Part shown: piece by piece, positions 29,356 to 40,100 of the stretch | Layout of the letters: the number at the start of each line of letters is the position of its first letter | Numbering within the stretch: the stretch's first letter is position 1 | NCBI GenBank assembly: GCA_050084985.1 | Contig: JBITNC010000001.1 | Location: 161,510,001 to 161,574,000, forward strand | DNA length: 64,000 nt | From: Nageia nagi | Taxonomy: Eukaryota > Plantae > Pinophyta | Reading direction: 5' to 3' | Notes under the pieces: generated by a model | What the model was told of the DNA's origin: nothing | What the model saw: only the letters and a program-made list of their open reading frames with translations | The model's database searches: none | Translations under genes and position numbers: made by a program

Positions 29356-29900
29356 TTAATCAAAAGGACCATTGAAATATACTTTAACATATTTACATAT
29401 TTTTGAAACTTGTAATCCTTGAACAATATTTATAGCTTCATCCAATTTGTTTAATCCATCAAATGCCCAACTATGAGGAATTTTAAACAAATTAAGGTGA
29501 ATATTATTTTCACTAATATAGTTGGCATCACCTATGAATAATATATTTTCTCTTCCATATTTCTCACCATATATGTTAACAACATCTTCCAAGTTCTTTG
29601 TATAAATGGGGATAATTTTTCCATTATGAGAATGCTTAAAATCCATTTGACAATATAAACTCAAACTTGTTATCTCTCAATCATTGAAATATCTTGAACA
29701 TGGGTTGCATTTAGATGGAAACTAATTTTGTAAACCATAAAGCAATGTCAAAAGTTTCTTGAGCAACTTCTAGAAGTTTAGGAGTAAACATTCTTATGAA
29801 GTATTTGTATCCACTATACATAAAGTAATGCATTATTTTTATAGAAATTCTAAATAGTACTCCTTCTACTCCCAAAACTAGGAGTTTCTTTGTAAATGAA
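29356..29900 (-). pseudogene. FCP1/SCP (NIF) HAD-phosphatase-like domain, decayed
   Basis: ORFs 29711-29932 and 29356-29664 give KKLLVLGVEGVL...YFIRMFTPKLLEVAQETFDIALWF...PIYTKNLEDV...YGRENILFIGDANYISENN..IPHSW. This matches the order of NIF motifs KKLLVLDxxGxL, xRP, FxxxxWSS, KDL, NTLLIDDSPY. Confidence 0.72.
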
Positions 29901-30120
29901 ATGAGGTTTATAAAATCATAAGTTATATTCAATTTTATATTTTAATAAAAAAATTAAAAATGAATACCACTAAAATAAAATTCATATTTTGTTTCATCAT
30001 TCACAAAATAAAATCAAATAACATATAATAATACAAAACTACCAAAAGTCATTAATATTTTGCATCCAACATCAAACAAACATACCAATACTAATATTTT
30101 TTATTTCTATATATATGACA

Positions 30121-30360
30121 CAAATTTCTTTAACAAATTCAATCTTATATTATTTCACAAAGATATTTTCATTATAAAAGACATGGAAAATACATATTAT
30201 CTCAATAAACTATTTTCATAATGAATTACCATATATTTTAATTACATAAATTTCTTTAACAAATTCAATTTTATATTATTTCACAAAAATATTTTCATTA
30301 TAAAAGACTTGGAACATACATATCATCTCAATGAAATATTTTCATAATGAATAACCATAT
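30121..30360. repeat. Tandem duplication, ~127 bp period
   Basis: AAATTTCTTTAACAAATTCAAT...CATAATGAAT.ACCATAT occurs twice. Confidence 0.88.
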
Positions 30361-30609
30361 AGAAGTTCAGAAGTAAACATTGTTATGAAGTATTTTTATT
30401 TCATTTGATGTCCTTTATACGTTGTCTTACATATGATGGTGGATTGATAATTTTTTATTATTTTTTTTATCAAAGAATATTAACTAACCAATCTAGATCA
30501 TCGATCTGTGATAAAATAATTCTTCTTGAGTGTTCCATCATATATTTAATTTGCACAATTAATGTATTGGTGGCATCATATAATTTGATTTTTTTCCACA
30601 CTTCATATA

Positions 30610-31338
30610 GATGATTATATATTTTTAAATTCTATTATTTAATACCTAAGGGAATATGATAACTTTATTCTTTTATATTTGAACATGAATCATGTGTTTG
30701 ACTCATGTTAATATTTTTATCCAATGGTGCAACCTTTGCTAAGGAAAAAATTAATATAAAGTTAATATAGATAAATGATATCAATAAGATACCTCTTCCT
30801 CAAATATTATAAATATAAAGTTATTGATTTATATAATTAATTATATATCTACTTGATACTTCTTTCTCACTTTGAGATGCATTTATATCAACATCATTAA
30901 TATCATTTAGTACAATTGTGTTTGAAAGAAAAGAAGTTATCCTTAAATAATATTAGTAAATAATTTAAAAATATAGCTAAAACAAATTGAAGATGATTAT
31001 ATATGCTTAAATTATATTATTAAATACCTAGGATAATAGGACAAATTTTATCTTTTATATTTGAACTTGAAGCATGGGTTTGACTCATGTTAATATTTTT
31101 CTCAAATAGTGTATCCTTTGTTGAGTAAAAAATTAATATGAAGTTATTATAGATAAATGATATCAATCAAATATTTTTTCCTCAAACATCATAAATATAA
31201 ATTTATTGATTTATATAACTAAATATAAAGTTATTGATTTGAGATGCATCCATGTCAACTTCATTAATATCATTGTGTACAATTGTATATGAAAAAAAGA
31301 AGTTATCCTTAAATAATATTAGTAAATAATTAAAAACT
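30610..31338. repeat. Tandem duplication, ~380 bp period, containing small exon-like segments
   Basis: GATGATTATATAT...GTTTGACTCATGTTAATATTTT...GAAGTTATCCTTAAATAATATTAGTAAATAAT at ~30610 and ~30993. Confidence 0.88.
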
Positions 31339-32244
31339 ATCTTCCAAATCTTTCATATAAAATATTTAAAAAAGCACTTGCTCCTTCCCCCTTCCCACTA
31401 ACATATTATAATAGACTCTTATCACAAATGGAATAAATAAAACTACTATAAAAATAAATTTATTATTTATAGTTAATTTAGGTCAATGATATTTACTTGA
31501 TAGTTCTTTTTCTTTTGAAAAAGTTGAATATGCCTAAGTTATAATTATACTAAAATATTAAATAATATAATTTGAATTGATTTCTTGATTGTTATTTAAT
31601 AATATGAAAAATAAATAATAATCTCACCATGAATTTAATTAAACAAGTAAAATTACTATAATTATAAAGTTATTACTGTTAATATAGTTCAATTATATAT
31701 ACTTGATTGTTCATGTTCATTGTGATTAAAAACTTCATCTTCTTCTTTTTCATTAGTTTTATTATTATTTGTTGTTTCTATCGTATAACACAAACTTCAT
31801 CAATATTGGAAAATAATTAAATTGGAAGAAATATATACATTTATATGAAAAATTAAACTTATAAAAATTCTAGCAATTAATTTGAGTGAAAATAAGTCAA
31901 ATATAGTTAAATTAGTAAATACAATACTTGAAGTATCCTCATTTAAATCATTTTCTCTATCACTACTTGGGTCATCATTATTAATTTTAGAGTATCTCTT
32001 TGATACATCACATTAAACTTATATAAGAATAAATATGTCACCTTCATTCCTTTCCAATAATACAAAAAATAAATAATAATGTCACCATGATTTTCATTTT
32101 GATTAGAATCTTCCTCTGATCTCCACCATGTCATAGGTTTTCATGATTTTGAATGGATGCATCCTCTATTTCAATTAAAGATCACAAATTTTATCAAACA
32201 CTATATAAAAAAGTTCATAACATTTAAATAAGAAAAAATTATAC

Positions 32245-33560
32245 CTTATATTTTAAAAAATAGATACATGTTTCTAAGGAGTTCAACTTCTTGTAGAAGG
32301 ATTTTAAAAAACCTTCTTGGGTGATGTCTTCCATAATGCAAGTTAGCCTTCTTTCTTTCATATCACTCACACCCTTCACTAGTGCATCCACCAAAAAGTG
32401 ACAAAATCAATACTCCTTTTGTTGAGTAATTTGAAATAATGTCATTCCAAATGATTCTATTCTCTCACATATGAAAGGATGGAATGTAGCTTCCAAATTT
32501 ATTTTATCATTTTTTATGTCAAATAGTTTAGGAAGCACTACATTGTATCTTGCCTTCAATTAAGAGATAAATTTAGTCTTTATATTCATCACTTGCACTA
32601 TGTTGATTAGTAGAATTTATATAGAATGATAGTTAATAAATTCATGGTCTTTAAACACCCTATAAATTTCTTTCTTCCTATTGATCATATTGTTATCTTT
32701 CATCCCTTTCTATTCTTTGTTTTTGTTGTATTGTATTTTTTGAAAAGTGTGATGAGGGAAGAAATTAATAGTGATACCTTCTCCTAGATAGTGTTTGTAT
32801 TACATTATATGGAGTAGAATAAAAATAAGTAAAATTCATAGAATCTAGGAAATGATGTTAAACTTCTTTATCTAATGCTTTAAAACATCTTTTCATTATT
32901 ATCTAGGCTTCTTTTGGAATGTTATTTTTATCAAATTCCTTGTGTTTTATTTTCTTATTTTCTTTTCCTTAACTTCCATAACTAAAAATGTTGCATAATT
33001 ATGGAATATAGGTTGCGTGAAGATTATATTTCTCAAGGAAATTTTATTTGGTACATCCCATTAAATTGAATCTATCTCCATCCTTATTTGTAAAAACTTT
33101 TCTCTAAGAGTTCTCCATTTTTTTTATTTTTCTACAATATTCTTCCATCTAAATTCCTTTTTCTACTAGAGGAATAGATGAAGATATCTAAACATCACCT
33201 TGATAAATTAGTTCAACCAATTTATCAAGTTTATTATCTTTCATTTTCATATTACTATGGAAATTACCCACAAAGTATGTGTACCTTGTTATTTTTTAAC
33301 ATACTTGTAGGTGTCATCAAGTTTGGAAAGCTCTAGAAGTCTTATCAGTGCTTCCTGGCCCTTGGAGGGATCTAGTAAACAAGTTGGAGATAAAATAAAT
33401 ATACTAAAAATTTTCATATATCATTATCATATACTTTATTATTAGGTGATATTTTCCCAAATACATGAAATCCAATTATCTGTAAGTAGCCAAGCATCAC
33501 TCACTTTAGAGGAATTGCATTTTTGTAAAATTTTTGAAGAATAGAGCAAGGGTGTTTGTA
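32245..33560 (-). pseudogene. Large decayed exon whose C-terminal part resembles amino-DNA-methyltransferase motifs X-I-II
   Basis: With two compensating frameshifts, 32481-32326 reads HPFICERxRIIWNDIISNYSTKGVLILSLFGGxALVKGVSDMKERRLTCIMED. The exon ends at the donor AAG|GTAT (~32245). Confidence 0.45.
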
Positions 33561-34300
33561 ATGAAAAGAAATTGAATAATCAATAAGACTTGTTTTGACT
33601 TTAGTTTGAATGAATGCATGAATCATATGTCTTGTGTCTTTATTTGCTAGTTATTCTTCTAAACTACATTTTTTAGAATTTTATTATTGAAATTGAATAA
33701 TATAATAATTATTTTGTTGTATTTAATTTTCTCAACCTTATATGTAGCTCCTGTAGAAATATATTTGTACTAAAGTGACATTTAATGTGATTACTTTATT
33801 ATAATCTACTTTCATTTTTCTATTATTGTGAAAATTTAGTTAAATAAATATAATACCCATAAAGTATGTGTACCTTGTTATTTTATAAGATACTTATAGG
33901 TATAATCAATTTTTTGAAGTTGTGGAAGTCTTATGAGTGCTTCTCCATATTTGGAGGTATTAAGAAATGAGTTGAAGATAAAATGGAGATATTGATAATT
34001 TTCATGTATTATTATGATCTACTTTATTATTAGGTGATATTTTCTAAAGGCATGAAAGCCAATTATTTATAAGTAGCAAATCATGGCTCATTTGTAGATG
34101 ATTTACCTTTTTGTAAAATTTTTAGAGAATAGAACAAGGGTGTTTGTAATGAAAAGAACTTAAATAACCAATAAGACCTATTTTGATTTCAATTGGTATC
34201 TTTGAATTTTATCTCATGGCTTTGAATGAATGCATGATTCATATTTCTTGTGTATTTGTTTTTTGCTTATTATTTTAAGCTATATTTTTTACAATTTTAT
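33265..34300. repeat. Direct duplication, ~430 bp units spaced ~590 bp apart
   Basis: ACCCA(C/T)AAAGTATGTGTACCTTGTTATTTT...GGGTGTTTGTAATGAAAAGAA at ~33266 and ~33855. Confidence 0.88.
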
Positions 34301-34584
34301 TATTAATGTATATTCATCTTTAATCCCTTATCTTATGTCAAAGAAAAGGTTAAAGGAAATCAATAAGGTGATAATTGTAAGATGATAATATTAAAATTAG
34401 AGGAAAAATAAAATATTATATAATTGAAAACCAATATACTTCTAAATGTATTCCATTATTCAAACATTTGATTTCCAATACTATAACATCCAATGCCAAT
34501 AATCATAATATTGGAAGTTTATATGTTGCCTAATAAGTCCATATTTAATGAAATGGTGGTAATAATAATAATAATAATAATAAT

Positions 34585-35440
34585 AAAAGAGATACAACAT
34601 GTAAATGATTTTCTAAAGGGATGGAAGATATTAACAAAGGAAATTGTTATGGATGAATGAGTTAAAATATAATTTTATAAGTTCTTTGTTACCATAATTT
34701 AAACTTAAAGTCATTAACTATGAGGATGAATCACTACATAACATGATTGAAATATTATTCAAAAAAGAAACATGTATTTTTCCTCTAAATACACCAAATA
34801 ATAAAAGTGCTTGAAAAGGAAGATCTAGCAAAGAATATACAAAAAAAGATAAAGATAAGAAAATAGTTGAAATAATTGATAAGAAAAGTAGTGATGATGT
34901 GATTAAAAAAAACTTACAAGAAAATACCTAAATTTTTCAAATAGAATTGATCCAACTATTAATATATTAGTTGAAAAGAATCTCATAAAACTCCCATTAA
35001 TCAAGAAACATTATTGTCTAAATGGAGTATTAGAAGGATATAGATATGAATAATTCTATAATTATCATAAAAATGTAAGACACTCAACTAGAACTTACAA
35101 GATATTATTCAAGATCTTATTGACCAAAAATTAATAAAATTTGATGATGAATTAATTAAAGAAAAATAGATACGAGAAATTCATTACAACCTCATAATAA
35201 CAAATTGGGTATATTCATAAACCCATTTCCAAAAAGAGGTAAACAAGTGGAACAACCTAAAGTAGTAGTCAAAATGCTGAAAAAATATGATAGTTTAAAG
35301 AATTATTTCAAGCACAAATTTAGGTCAGCATGTCAATATTATCAATGTGAACATACGCAATAAACTTAAAATCATAAATTAACTAAGAAAATATTCAAAA
35401 GTTAATAGCATCACTCGAATAAGATATTATAAGAACAATC
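34585..35440 (+). pseudogene. gag, 3' part
   Basis: QHVNDFLKGWKILTKEI..ELKYNFISSL; LVEKNLIKLP; degenerate Tat/Ogre-type knuckle FYNYHKNVRHST..DIIQDLIDQ; LGIFINPFP. Confidence 0.72.
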
Positions 35441-36069
35441 TTGGTGTAGTTGATTCAATAAAGAAGTCAGATGTTATTTATAAGTTTAATTAAAAAAAAA
35501 AAAAGGATATTCCAAATTCTGTGAGTATTACCCTTAGTTTTCCCAAACCTTGATATCTTATTGTGTAGATTTTAATTTTTTAAGATTAAGATTATATTTA
35601 GGAGTATTTCTCTCATATTCATTATATTTCATTCACATTGATGCTTTCATAATAATTTATATGCATTTTTCATTCTGAAGAAAAATATTGTAAAAGATAA
35701 ATTTACACATAAGAATGATATCAATGCAGTGCGTTTTTGTTTGAACAACACTAATGTAATAGTTTATTTTTAATTTTTAAAATAATAAGTTCATAATTTT
35801 TTGCATTCATATATATCAAACATATTTATAAATATTATCATCACTTTTAGGGCTATAAAATACCATGTTTAGAAGGAATTTGATTATTTTCTTGCAATCT
35901 TTTGTATTTAAAAGAAATTGATGATTTGTTTACATGTATTATTATTAAACAAAATTATTTAAATTGTAAAAAATAATCAATCAGTAGAAATTCCTTTCTT
36001 TTTCATTTGCTCATACAAATAGTTATAATAAATCAAAATAGTGCTACTTAATGCATATATGTTACTAGT

Positions 36070-37159
36070 TACAAATTCAACATTACAAAAGTTACTTTGG
36101 GGATAGAATAGTAATTCCAAATGAAGGAAATTTGAGGAAATAAATTTTGTATGAATTCCATGTTACTCGATTGTTTGCACATCTTGGGGTAAATAAGATT
36201 AGAGAAAACCTTAAATAATAATATATTTAGAGAGCAATGAAGTAGGATATAGGATATTATGTGACCACATGCATTGATTATCAAAAGGATAAAACTGAAA
36301 AAAATTTACATTTGACTTTTGGTAGGCCTTGCGTAATGAGTTAGAAACTAAATTCCATTTCAATTCTACATACCACCATGAACTGGATGGGAAAATTGAG
36401 AGAGTAAATCAAATCCTGGAAGACATGATCAGTATGTATTGTAACCATTAAAAAACCAAGTGGGAGGACAACTTGCATTTTATGGAGTTTGAATACAATA
36501 ATGCATACTAGACATCTTTAAAGATATCACCATTGGAAGCCTTGTGTGGTCGAAAATGTAGAACTCTAGTATATTAGGATAGATTGGATGAGAGATCTAC
36601 TTTTAGCAACAAAATGTTGCAAGATATGAAAGCTCAACTTAAGATTAGTTGTGAAAATATTAAATAAGCTTTTGATAGGTAGAAACATGTGGCTGACCTA
36701 CATTGAACACCTAGATAATTTATTATTACTCTATAAAGCATTCTATTAAGTCATCCAAGTTGTCAACCCCTTATGTAGGCCCCTTTGAGGTTCTAAAAAG
36801 AGTCAATCATGTAGCTTATTATCTAAATTTGCCAGCCAATTTATCTAAATTACATAATGTATTTCATGTATCTATACTAAAAAAGTACATGCCTAATCCC
36901 TCACATGTTTAGGATGTGAATAAATTATAGATGATAAATCCTTTAAATGTGGAGGTAAATCAAGTAAGAATTATAAAAACCCATAATAGGAAGCTCAGAA
37001 ATAGAAATATGGAGTAGTGCAGAGTTTAATGGGATCAATATTCTAAGAATGATTCCACTTGGAAAGACTTACATTTGATGCAAAAATAATTTCTTGATTT
37101 ATTTATTTAAGAACTAGCCTAAAAATATAGGAATTGTATTTAATATTAGGGAGGGTGAA
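36070..37159 (+). pseudogene. Chromovirus integrase remnant (HHCC finger, partly deleted core, GPF, chromodomain) with PPT
   Basis: RIVIPN..ILYEFH..AHLGVNK..YVTTCIDYQKDK; STYHHELDGKIERVNQILEDM; YVGPFEVL; HNVFHVSILKKY; RKLRNRNME*CRV*WDQY..STW. PPT AGGGAGGGTGAA at 37148-37159 is followed by TG. Confidence 0.9.
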
Positions 37160-37173
37160 TGTGATGAATTAGC

Positions 37174-40100
37174 AAATTCAAGGTACAATTTATAGGACCT
37201 TAATGAGTAATTGATCTAAGCTTATGAAAGTTATAAGTTTGACCAAAAATGAATGCTATGGACTGTTACATAAATCCACTAAGAATCTACTAAAATTAAC
37301 TAAATGTGAGTTATATTCATATTATGGGCCACTCTCCCTTCATCCTAGATAAGTAATAGACCTTACAATAATGTACAACTAAGAAAAACACATCAAAATA
37401 TCATAAATACTCATAATTATCAAAAAAATAGTAAAATATACTAGGTCTCTATAATCATAGTTGCATTTTAGAAACACATAGGGTGCAAGCATTTTGAAAA
37501 CTTAGAGGGTGGAAACATTTATGAAATATGGGGACATTTTATAAACACAACTGTGTTTTATTTTGGTGGGTATACAAAATTAAGAACTCCAACATACTCC
37601 CCATTGAAGGTGAGAGGGATGACCAGGTAGTCTCTCAACATTAAAAACTGACATGTACCAATGCCCTTGGTGAATAAGTCATCCAGATTATTTATAGTAT
37701 TGGTATAATGCAATTCAATAACTCTTTTCCAACCATATCCTAGATGAAGTGGTACTTCATATCAAAAGGCTTGGATCTAGCATGGTGCATAAGGTTCTTT
37801 TCCAACTAAATGGCACTATAGTTATCATAGAATAGGGTGGTTGCACTAAGTTGACTTTCTCCAATCTCCTTAAGCACTTTTCACATCCATAAGTCTTGTG
37901 CACTAGTTACGATGATGAAATGAATTAGCTTTGGTAGAGGATAGAGAAATAATTGTTTGTTTCCTAGAAGATGATGTACAAAGATTAAAACCAAGGATGA
38001 AACTATTTCCAAAAGTATACTTTTGAATATTAATGCTATTACCGCATTTACTATCACTATACCCAATAAGTTTCACAACATTGTCCTTGAGGTAATGGAT
38101 GCTAAACTTTGGTGTTCCTTTGACATATCTCAAAATTCTCTTTGCCACCTTTAAATGAATTTTGGAAGGAGAACTCATTTAACTAGGAACAAGTGAGATA
38201 GCATGATAAATATTAGCTTAAGAATTTGTTAGGAACATCAAGCTCCCAACTATGCTTTTGTAAGTGTGCACATCAACTTCAATAGTCCCATCTTATTTAG
38301 TCAAGTGTTCTCCATGTGCAATAGAGGTGATAATAATTGTACAATCATCCATACCAAAATTATGTAATAAATCATTAGCATGCTTGGCTTGAGAAATAAA
38401 AGTTTAATTATCATCTTGATAAACCTCCAAACCAAGAAATAGTGCATAAGACCAAGATCCTTCATCTCAAATTCTTGCATCATGGAGTGTTTGAAAGCAT
38501 TATTTAATCTATAATTAGTACTCATGTAAATAATATCATCAATATGAAGAAAAACTAGAAAAATATTAATAAAATCATGCTTATAGTAGAGATTTGGTTC
38601 ATTTTTCTCTTCAAAAACTTAGGGCTGAGCAACAAACACTTCTTCATCAAGGAACCCTTTCAAGAATGCACTCTTAAAATCCAAGAGGTACACCTTTCAA
38701 CCTTTATGAGTAGTAATGGAGAGAACCATTTTGATGGTTTCTTATCTAGCAATAGGAGGAAAGGTCTCCTCATAGTCAATTCCATATCTATATGTGAATC
38801 CTTTGGCCACAAGCCTAGCCTTATGCCTCGCAATGGTGCCATTAGCGTTAAAATTTGTTTTATAGACCCATTTAGATCCTACACCCTTTTTACCTTTTGG
38901 AAGCTCAACTAGCTTCCATGTATCATTTTTTTCAATGAAGTGTGTATCCTCTTCCATGGTCTTCATCCAAACATCATTAGTATAAGCATTTTCAAAATGA
39001 GAAGGTTCTAAATTAGTAGTAGGTACTAATGGAAAATTAGCCAATTCACCCTTTAGTTCACCATACAACTCATCACTATACAATTGGATATCTTCAAGCC
39101 TTTTAATTAGTTGATCTAGTTCTTTTGCTTGTCCTCTTATTGCCCTTTTTGAAAAATTCTGATATAACATTTGAGAAGGAGGATGATTGGCAAGTGTTCT
39201 ATTACCTCTTGCTTTATCATTCTTCTTTGGAAAGTCTCACCATTAGTTGGAATATCTTTGGGTTACACTTATGTGGAATTTTGTGGATTTTTTTATGCTT
39301 TGGAGTGCACATTTTGTTGGCTAGGCTAAATGGTATACTCTACATTAGAAGAGCTTCCATCAAAGGATCCATCATCAACAAATTATTTTAGATGTTTTTA
39401 TGCTCTCTCTTAATCAAAATAACATATTTAGAAGAAACAACTTTGTGAGTTTGAGGATTGTACAATCTATATGCTTTGCTTGTTTCACAATATCCAATAA
39501 ATATGCAAGGTTCACTTTTTGGATCTAATTTTTTTTCTATGCTCCTTTGGAACATTCACATAAGCCAAGCAACCAAACACTCTAAAATGATTCACATTTC
39601 TCATACCATGCATCAAAATGTGTTATACAATCCAAACTAGAGGTTTGAAATCTATTCAAAATATACATTAGTATCCTAATAGGTTCATCCTGATAACTAT
39701 TGTTTAAGCCTTTAGTTTGGAGCATTATTATTTCTACGTTAGCCAAGGTTATATTCTTACATTTAGCTACACCATTTTGTTGTGGAGTGTAGGTAGCTAT
39801 GAGTTGCCTTTTCACACCATGATCTTTACAATATTGCAAGAATTCATTACTAAAAAACTTTCCCCCCTCTATATCTTATTAAATATTTCAAATATAGCCA
39901 CTCTACTTTTCAACATTATTCTTAAACTCCTTAAAGTATGCAAAATATCCATCCTTGTGCTTAATAAAGTAAATCTAACATATTCTTGTATAATCATTAA
40001 TAAAGGTAAAGAAATAAATACTTTTACCATAACTTGGTGTTTGCATTGGCCCACATATGTCACTATCTACCATCTCATTGGAGACCAAGCTCTTCAAACT

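Larger units (their letters stand above)
26497..34561 (-). mobile_element. TIR DNA transposon (~8.06 kb), probably CACTA/EnSpm-like, with no recognisable transposase
   Basis: Left end ACTACCATTTCATTAAATCTAGATTTATT (26498-) versus reverse complement of the right end ACCACCATTTCATTAAATATGGACTTATT (-34560), 25/29 match. It sits exactly between the two gag halves, with (AAT)n on both flanks. Confidence 0.8.
22801..35440 (+). mobile_element. Tat/Ogre-like Ty3 element with only the 5' LTR and gag visible, interrupted by a DNA transposon
   Basis: 3.18 kb LTR with perfect 10 bp terminal inverted repeat, PBS-like TTGTGGAGAG at 25989-25998, and gag in two parts (26091-26450 and 34585-35440). No pol or second LTR was found, so the right edge is approximate. 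Confidence 0.65.

Noticed and set aside
32790-32825. YFYSTPYN as a possible SPPY catalytic motif IV
   Set aside because: Only a partial match in a frameshifted region, and its context fits a later beta-strand equally well; not counted as evidence of activity.
26497-34561. Helitron interpretation of the cargo-bearing insert
   Set aside because: The ends are inverted repeats rather than TC...CTRR with a 3' hairpin. The CACTA assignment itself stays tentative because the termini read AACTA and TACCA.
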